DNA from: Candidatus Moraniibacteriota bacterium
Lineage (GTDB): Bacteria; Patescibacteriota; Minisyncoccia; Moranbacterales; UBA1568
DNA length: 60,339 nt
Direction: 5' to 3'
Assembly: GCA_038208355.1 (NCBI GenBank)
Contig: JBBQYU010000001.1
Location: forward strand, 1-60,339
Position 1 is the first letter of the stretch. Each line of letters begins with the position of its first letter. Position numbers and translations under genes: made by a program. Positions 55,107 to 60,339 of this stretch are shown here, in pieces. Under the pieces are notes generated by a model. It was not told the origin of the DNA. It worked only from the letters and a program-made list of their open reading frames with translations, and did no database searches.

Positions 55107-58100
55107 CTAACAACTCCCCCCACCCTGATTCTGCTCTACGGGATCGGTTTCGACCAACACCTTCCTGTAGCCACTTGCGCTTGAATACTCTTTTCCAAGG
55201 GCTATTTTTGCATCCGCATCCTGCCAGTCTACCCCCTTGCTTTCCAAATTCTTAGCAATCGTCAAATAGGTCTGCGGAAACCAGAATGAGTTCACCTGAA
55301 GCGCCACGCGGTACATTTCTCCTTCGGATACTCCCTGTCCAGCCATCAGCTCCAGCAGCCCAAGCATCGCCATACCATGATTACAATCTGGAAAATACGT
55401 CGAATTATCACAGCACGGCCGGAAAATTCCCTGACTCACACGGTCAACCGTGGCCTGCTCGGCCGGCGTCAGCATGACAAAAGCATGTTTGCTGTAATGC
55501 GTCATAACATCACCCCGAGAGAGCGTCCAGCCACCCGTAGAAGCAAACCTGCCCGCTCCGCCATACTTCGGATCAGCCATCGGTCCCTTTTCCAAAATCT
55601 GATTCTTATTGGCCAAACCGAACGCCCAAAAAAGATTCAGAAGTATCCCAGAATTCTCTGCTGTCATAACTATCTCCCCATTGTCCGTCTCGGTAAGCAG
55701 CTTCTTTTCCTCTTCCGACAAACCGCCCCGAGTACGAGAGAGAGTCGCCAGCTTTTCTTGGTCAATCACTCCCGTGGTTACCAAACGTTTCCCATAATCC
55801 TTCCAAGCGACTGGCAAAACGAATTTTTCAGGCAGTACCGAAGCGACCAGGCGAGAATCATCCTGGGTTGTTTCTTGGGAAATACTGTCTTGAGAAATAC
55901 TGAGTGCGTCATTCTCCATATTGGAACTGAACCTGGCAAAAGTATAAAACCCAAAGGTAAATACGGCCATCATGACAAACGGAGCGAGGATTGAGATGTA
56001 ATTGCGTTTACTCGGTCGAAAGAGCCGCAAGAGAAGCGAATTACTCACCACCGAAATCGAGCTCATCGCCATGGCGAGCCCCGCCAATTCCGGCTTGAGC
56101 ACCAAGCCAATCCCAAAGAACACACGCGCGGCGATAGGAATACCGATGACGTTATAGAACAGGGCAAAGAACATATTCTGCTTAATTTTCCCCATCGTTT
56201 CCTTCGAGAGCTCAAATGCCACCACCACATCATTCAGATCACTTTTCATAATGACGACATCCGCCGCTTCCATGGCGACATCCGTACCGCTCCCCATAGC
56301 GATGCCAACGTTGGCTTGGGCGAGCGCTGGCGCATCATTGATACCGTCACCTATCATGGCCACACGTCGCTTCGCTCCAAAATTTTCAATTTTCAATTTT
56401 AAATTTTCAAATAAAATGTTGTTTTCTTTTGTATTGCCCTCTTGCAAAAGTTTTACAACGTTCGCTTTATCTTCTGGCAAAACTTCGGCCAGCACATGGT
56501 TTTCACCAATGCCAACTTGGGCCGCAATAGCCTTGGCCGTCCGGGCGTTATCGCCGGTAATCATATAGACATCCATGCCCATCTTCTGCAATTTCGCTAC
56601 CGCCTCACGAGAGGTCTCTTTGACGGTGTCCGCCACTGCCACAATCCCAGAGAGTCCTTCTTTGGTCGCCAAGAGCATCACCGTCTTCCCCTGTTCTTCC
56701 AAACGCGCCATGGTGTCTTCGACCGTATCCACCGCGTGTCCCAACGTATCCACCATGAACCGCCGATTACCAAAAGAATAGGTCACTCCGCGCACTTCGC
56801 CCTCTACGCCATGTCCAGGAACAGCCTTGAAATTGTGCACTTCTTCAAAAACAGCCCCTTGCTCTTTGGCATACAGAGAAATTGCTTCTGCGAGAGAGTG
56901 TTCGGACAACTTCTCCAAACTGGCTACCACACCGAGTATCGTTTTTTCTTCCATGGCGCCAAGCGACAAGATGTCCGTCACTTCCGGCTTGCCTTTGGTC
57001 AGTGTCCCGGTCTTGTCAAATATAACAGCGGAAATCTTACTGGCCGCCTCCAAAGCTTCACCGCCTTTGATAAGAATGCCGTATTCGGCACCTTTGCCCG
57101 TGCCTACCATAAGCGATGTCGGCGTAGCCAATCCGAGCGCACACGGGCACGCGATAACAATAACAGATGTAAAGGCCATGAGCGCGAACGAGAGAGTGCT
57201 TCCCAGTGCGAAATACCACACCAAAAACGTCAGGAGAGCCATGCCGATGACGGCCGGCACAAACCACGCGGAAACAGCGTCAGCAAACCCCTGAATAGGC
57301 GCTTTCGATCCTTGGGCCTCCTCAATTAATCGGATAATCTGCGCCAGCGCCGTTTCGCTTCCCACCTTCGTCGCTTCGAATTCGAAACTCCCTACTTTAT
57401 TCATCGTTCCCCCGATAACCAGAGCTCCGACTTGCTTTTCCACCGGCAAACTCTCTCCGGTAATCATCGATTCATCCACCGCAGACGCTCCCTTGGTAAT
57501 TTTTCCATCAACGGGAATCTTTTCTCCCGGCCGAACCACAACGATATCGCCATGCACTACCATCTCAATAGCGATATCTTTCGTTTCTCCGTTGCGGATG
57601 ACACGAGCGGTTTTCGCTTGGAGCCCCATCAACTTCTTGATGGCATCCGATGTCTTTCCTTTAGTACGGATTTCCAGCCACTTGCCCAAGATAACAAAGG
57701 TGATAAGGTAGGCTGCCGTTTCGAAATAGAGATCCGGTATCTTCGCTCCGGCAACCCCTATAAGCGAACCATGAGCGGACACATACGTCGCGAAATTATA
57801 GAGACTGAAGAAAAACGCGGTCGAAGTCCCGATAGCGATTAGGCTGTCCATGTTGAATGTCTTCATCTTTAGAGACGACCACATTCCTTTATAGAAACCT
57901 GCTCCGATAATAAACTGTACCGGGATGGTAAGGAGCAGTGAAAGTATTCCGACATACGGCGCCAACATTTTTTCTCCGGGCAACCAACTGAAAAAATCAA
58001 GCAGCATAAAATAAAGCATCGGCACACTCAAAACGAAACTCCATATAAATTTATTGAAGTACGTGGCGCTTTCTTTCTCGTGTTTACGCGTTTCGTATCC

Positions 58101-58328
58101 GGTATCCTTGACATCCACGGCTTCTGCTGTGTAACCGGCTTGGGCAATGGCCTGTATGAGGACGTCCGTACCCGAAACCTGCTCATCGAAAAGAATAGAC
58201 GCCTTTTCGGCGGAAAAGTTCACGTTGGCCTGCTCGACGCCGGGAACTTTCATGAGCGACCGCTCGATGATGTTCGCGCAGGACGAACAGTGCATACCCT
58301 CGATACTCAGTTGTTTTCTCGTACTCAT
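55107..58328 (-). CDS. copA: Cu(I)-translocating P1B-1 ATPase CopA fused to an extra TM and a 301-aa Cys-rich C-terminal domain
   Basis: [44 protein letters not shown]. The canonical end is near ..[11 protein letters not shown]. It is followed by [22 protein letters not shown] and a domain containing [18 protein letters not shown] (55110-56012). Confidence 0.88.
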   Translation of the reverse strand: MSTRKQLSIEGMHCSSCANIIERSLMKVPGVEQANVNFSAEKASILFDEQVSGTDVLIQAIAQAGYTAEAVDVKDTGYETRKHEKESATYFNKFIWSFVLSVPMLYFMLLDFFSWLPGEKMLAPYVGILSLLLTIPVQFIIGAGFYKGMWSSLKMKTFNMDSLIAIGTSTAFFFSLYNFATYVSAHGSLIGVAGAKIPDLYFETAAYLITFVILGKWLEIRTKGKTSDAIKKLMGLQAKTARVIRNGETKDIAIEMVVHGDIVVVRPGEKIPVDGKITKGASAVDESMITGESLPVEKQVGALVIGGTMNKVGSFEFEATKVGSETALAQIIRLIEEAQGSKAPIQGFADAVSAWFVPAVIGMALLTFLVWYFALGSTLSFALMAFTSVIVIACPCALGLATPTSLMVGTGKGAEYGILIKGGEALEAASKISAVIFDKTGTLTKGKPEVTDILSLGAMEEKTILGVVASLEKLSEHSLAEAISLYAKEQGAVFEEVHNFKAVPGHGVEGEVRGVTYSFGNRRFMVDTLGHAVDTVEDTMARLEEQGKTVMLLATKEGLSGIVAVADTVKETSREAVAKLQKMGMDVYMITGDNARTAKAIAAQVGIGENHVLAEVLPEDKANVVKLLQEGNTKENNILFENLKLKIENFGAKRRVAMIGDGINDAPALAQANVGIAMGSGTDVAMEAADVVIMKSDLNDVVVAFELSKETMGKIKQNMFFALFYNVIGIPIAARVFFGIGLVLKPELAGLAMAMSSISVVSNSLLLRLFRPSKRNYISILAPFVMMAVFTFGFYTFARFSSNMENDALSISQDSISQETTQDDSRLVASVLPEKFVLPVAWKDYGKRLVTTGVIDQEKLATLSRTRGGLSEEEKKLLTETDNGEIVMTAENSGILLNLFWAFGLANKNQILEKGPMADPKYGGAGRFASTGGWTLSRGDVMTHYSKHAFVMLTPAEQATVDRVSQGIFRPCCDNSTYFPDCNHGMAMLGLLELMAGQGVSEGEMYRVALQVNSFWFPQTYLTIAKNLESKGVDWQDADAKIALGKEYSSASGYRKVLVETDPVEQNQGGGSC
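56381..56408. repeat. 4 x 7-nt tandem repeat inside copA
   Basis: AATTTTC AATTTTC AATTTTA AATTTTC on the plus strand. Encodes part of the extra ..[15 protein letters not shown].. segment. Confidence 0.85.
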
Positions 58329-58340
58329 AATTATGTGTTG

Positions 58341-59708
58341 TTATTTTACTTGGAGAACGCCCCTATACATACCCATACTACAACTGAACGGGATGCTGCC
58401 ACTTTCGGTAGGGGTAAACTCGATGATATTTTCTCCCAACTTCAAACGTTTTTGAACACCCAACTGCGGAATGACAAAACTCGAAGCGCAGGTATAGCTA
58501 TCCTGCGAGTCGATAATCAAACGCACAGGCACCCCGGCCTGAAGCTTCGGTAAATTTTTTGGCTGATACCCCGTGGCATCTTGAGTAATCCGAATAATCT
58601 GGACGCCCTGCTCAAGCGGAGCGCCTTTGGTTGGCTCGGCGAGTGCTGCCCCTGACGACTGTCCACCGCCTAACGTCGGCAAAGTAATGCCGAAAAGCTG
58701 AAGCCCGTTGGACATATTAAAGAGGCCAAAAGCTATCAAGAGCAAAGCAATGACTGCAAAAAAGGCCTGCTTGGCCCCTCCGCGGGCCACCGTGCCAATG
58801 CCGGCCAACAAAAGTAACCCTGGCACAGTCCCCAAAGCAAACGTCGCCATAGCCAGTGCCCCCAAAACACCACTCCCCAAAGCAATGACTGAGAGCTGAA
58901 CGGCCTGAGTAAATCCGCAGGGCAGAAAAAAGGTTAAGGCTCCGAGAATAAAAGAACCGGTATGGCTATACTCTTTATCTTTACGTTTCTGAATGCCAAA
59001 AAAACGGCTCAAGCCTTTTGGTAAGGCAATCTGCTGTAATCGTGGAAAAATGCCAGAAAGCTGTAATCCCAAAAAGAGCATAACGAGACCGGCAAAAAAT
59101 ACTAGCGAGGCTGAGAAACCAAGCGAGGTTTGCAAAAAGCTCCCCAACATACCAAGAAGAGCGCCAAAGAATCCGAAACCGATAACGCGACCGGTATTGA
59201 ACCAGAGATGGGGAGTGAATTTCTGAGTCAGAGTCAACTCCGGATGAAGCGCGTTATAACGAGCGGCCACGCCGAGCACCAAACCACCAATGAGCGCCGC
59301 GCAGGTCGAGATACCCGCCGTCAAACCGATGAGTAGGACCCACCCAAGACGAGAAGCGTCCAGGCTGCCACCACCGAGCGAGATATTGAACCAACCGAAA
59401 TATTGAGCTACCAGATACGCCAAAAATACTCCCCCCAAAGCAAAGAGGAGCGTCACGTACGTCTCGATATCCCGAGAAAAGAACGACGGAGCCGTATGGC
59501 TCTCCGTTACCGTATAGCCCGCCTGTTTTATTTTTTGAGTAAGAAGCGTATCGCTCGGCGCAGACTGATCGTAGACTACGACGGCCGTGCCGTTTCTATG
59601 GTTGACCGCCACCCGCGTCACTTGAGGCACCGTGCTCAATTCCTCTTCGAGCAAAATCTCACACGAACGGCAGTGCATCCCTTGGATAAAAATCTTTTTC
59701 TGAGGCAT
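58341..59708 (-). CDS. HMA domain + polytopic membrane domain (TauE/DsbD_2-like) + C-terminal cupredoxin-like domain protein
   Basis: MHCRSCEILLEEE, about 7 TM with FLPCGFTQ, and C-terminal YTCASSF...FSCSMGMYRGVLQV. Confidence 0.7.
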   Translation of the reverse strand: MPQKKIFIQGMHCRSCEILLEEELSTVPQVTRVAVNHRNGTAVVVYDQSAPSDTLLTQKIKQAGYTVTESHTAPSFFSRDIETYVTLLFALGGVFLAYLVAQYFGWFNISLGGGSLDASRLGWVLLIGLTAGISTCAALIGGLVLGVAARYNALHPELTLTQKFTPHLWFNTGRVIGFGFFGALLGMLGSFLQTSLGFSASLVFFAGLVMLFLGLQLSGIFPRLQQIALPKGLSRFFGIQKRKDKEYSHTGSFILGALTFFLPCGFTQAVQLSVIALGSGVLGALAMATFALGTVPGLLLLAGIGTVARGGAKQAFFAVIALLLIAFGLFNMSNGLQLFGITLPTLGGGQSSGAALAEPTKGAPLEQGVQIIRITQDATGYQPKNLPKLQAGVPVRLIIDSQDSYTCASSFVIPQLGVQKRLKLGENIIEFTPTESGSIPFSCSMGMYRGVLQVK

Positions 59709-59719
59709 AAAATATATTA

Positions 59720-59998
59720 TTATTTTTGAGAAAGATGAGACACCTTCAAAATCTCTGTAATCATGGCCTGTTTCTTCTGGCTACTGCCACTCTCCATGGC
59801 GACGCGAAAACAAGAACTCAGATGCTGCTCGAGAAGCATCTGATGGGCCGACCGTAAAAGCCCCATCACCGCCAAATTCTGCTGCATAATGTCCACACAA
59901 TAGCGATCTTCCTCAATCATGGACTCAATTTTCTTGAGCAGGCTCTGCGCTTTTCTCATGCTAATCAACGTCTTGCTGTGGTCGTGATGATGCTTCAT
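59720..59998 (-). CDS. csoR: CsoR/RcnR-family metal-sensing repressor
   Basis: MKHHHDHSKTL..LLKKIESMIEEDRYCVDIMQQNLAVMGLLRSAHQMLLEQHLSSC (C-H-C ligand pattern). ATG 59998; the ORF is open to 60082. Confidence 0.85.
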   Translation of the reverse strand: MKHHHDHSKTLISMRKAQSLLKKIESMIEEDRYCVDIMQQNLAVMGLLRSAHQMLLEQHLSSCFRVAMESGSSQKKQAMITEILKVSHLSQK

Positions 59999-60025
59999 AC
60001 TCGAAACGATAAAGAATAAATACTC

Positions 60026-60057
60026 TACCTCCCCCCCAGGTATAGAGAGTATAGCAT
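60026..60057 (-). promoter_or_regulatory. candidate CsoR operator overlapping an extended -10 promoter
   Basis: TACCT-CCCCCCC-AGGTA (60026-60042). Minus-strand TGCTATACT is at 60057-60049. Confidence 0.55.
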
Positions 60058-60086
60058 AATAAGAAAAAAAGACAACAAACAAAAAA

Positions 60087-60105
60087 ACCGCCCTGATGGC
60101 GGCTT
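60087..60105 (-). terminator. rho-independent terminator after the pseudouridine synthase gene
   Basis: Minus strand: AAGCCGCC-ATCAG-GGCGGTT followed by TTTTTGTTTG. Confidence 0.7.
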
Positions 60106-60126
60106 GCTATTGGAACGCGCGTTTAT

Positions 60127-60339
60127 TTACGAAAGCTCTTGCAGTTCAATACTCTCGAGAAAGGCCTTGCGCGCGGCACCTTCTAAAATCCTCCCCTTTC
60201 CGGATTTGAGCGCCCCTAAGTAAATATCCATGATCCGGGTACGCACCAATTTTTCTACCGTCAAATGGGCTTCCGACAACATACGGCGGATATGGTGTTT
60301 CTTTCCTTCCGTCAGAATGATAGTCACCGTGTGCTTGCC
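60127..60339 (-). CDS. RsuA/RluB-family pseudouridine synthase, C-terminal part (gene continues past window edge)
   Basis: ..GKHTVTIILTEGKKHHIRRMLSEAHLTVEKLVRTRI matches the EG(R/K)..(Q/H)(V/I)RRM family motif. Confidence 0.75.
   Translation of the reverse strand, partial: GKHTVTIILTEGKKHHIRRMLSEAHLTVEKLVRTRIMDIYLGALKSGKGRILEGAARKAFLESIELQELS

Noticed and set aside
56442-57329. 295-aa plus-strand ORF antisense to copA
   Set aside because: Antisense shadow. copA motifs are unambiguous on the minus strand.
57868-57885. TTAGAGACGACCACAT inside copA resembling the 32-bp repeat core
   Set aside because: 15/16 match to the repeat core but no flanking CCTTAT/ATAAGG arms. It encodes conserved CopA residues, so it is most likely chance.
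1-60339. Alternative genetic code (UGA=Gly, as in some CPR lineages)
   Set aside because: Well-supported genes end at TGA (e.g. the mnmA ATGA overlap at 11645-11648), and long ORFs are intact under the standard code.

Overview
60.3-kb window of a compact bacterial genome that uses the standard code (TGA is used as a stop). About 48 of roughly 63 called CDSs (two of them edge-truncated) are on the minus strand. I infer a Patescibacteria/CPR-like organism from a truncated SufD, a four-helix-bundle (23S IVS-type) gene, a T4SS-pilin-like peptide, LamG giants and an HRDC fusion. All calls come from reading the sequence and ORF track by eye; no BLAST, HMM or Rfam run was possible. Core content: argS (5' part), smpB-ssrA(tmRNA)-infC-rpmI-rplT, lgt, mutY, mnmA, dus, an Rrf2-regulated sufCBDSU operon with ferredoxin and a DUF59 gene, korAB-type 2-oxoacid:ferredoxin oxidoreductase, and xseAB. 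Accessory content has three main parts. (1) 37.8-46.7 kb: a seven-gene minus-strand surface-fibre locus that combines a SipW-type signal peptidase, three proteins with SipW-cognate (TasA/camelysin-type) signal peptides, one of which carries two lamin-tail domains, a sortase, and an unusual bipartite LPFTG protein. I rate this the most interesting candidate system. (2) 47.2-48.0 kb: a GC-rich PEP-CTERM protein gene that looks horizontally acquired. (3) 50.1-60.1 kb: a ten-gene CsoR-headed copper island with two P1B ATPases. One has a CPD motif. The other is CopA with a 301-aa Cys-rich C-terminal fusion and a 4x7-nt tandem repeat inside the ORF. Other items: three paralogs of a secreted Cys-rich lysozyme/SLT-like domain, a wHTH+Cas2-like gene bracketed by 32-bp palindromic repeats, a 190-nt extended hairpin after sufU, a dispersed CAAATGYCAAAT repeat family, and duplicated promoter-plus-hairpin leader modules. 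No CRISPR array, rRNA, tRNA or transposase was seen.
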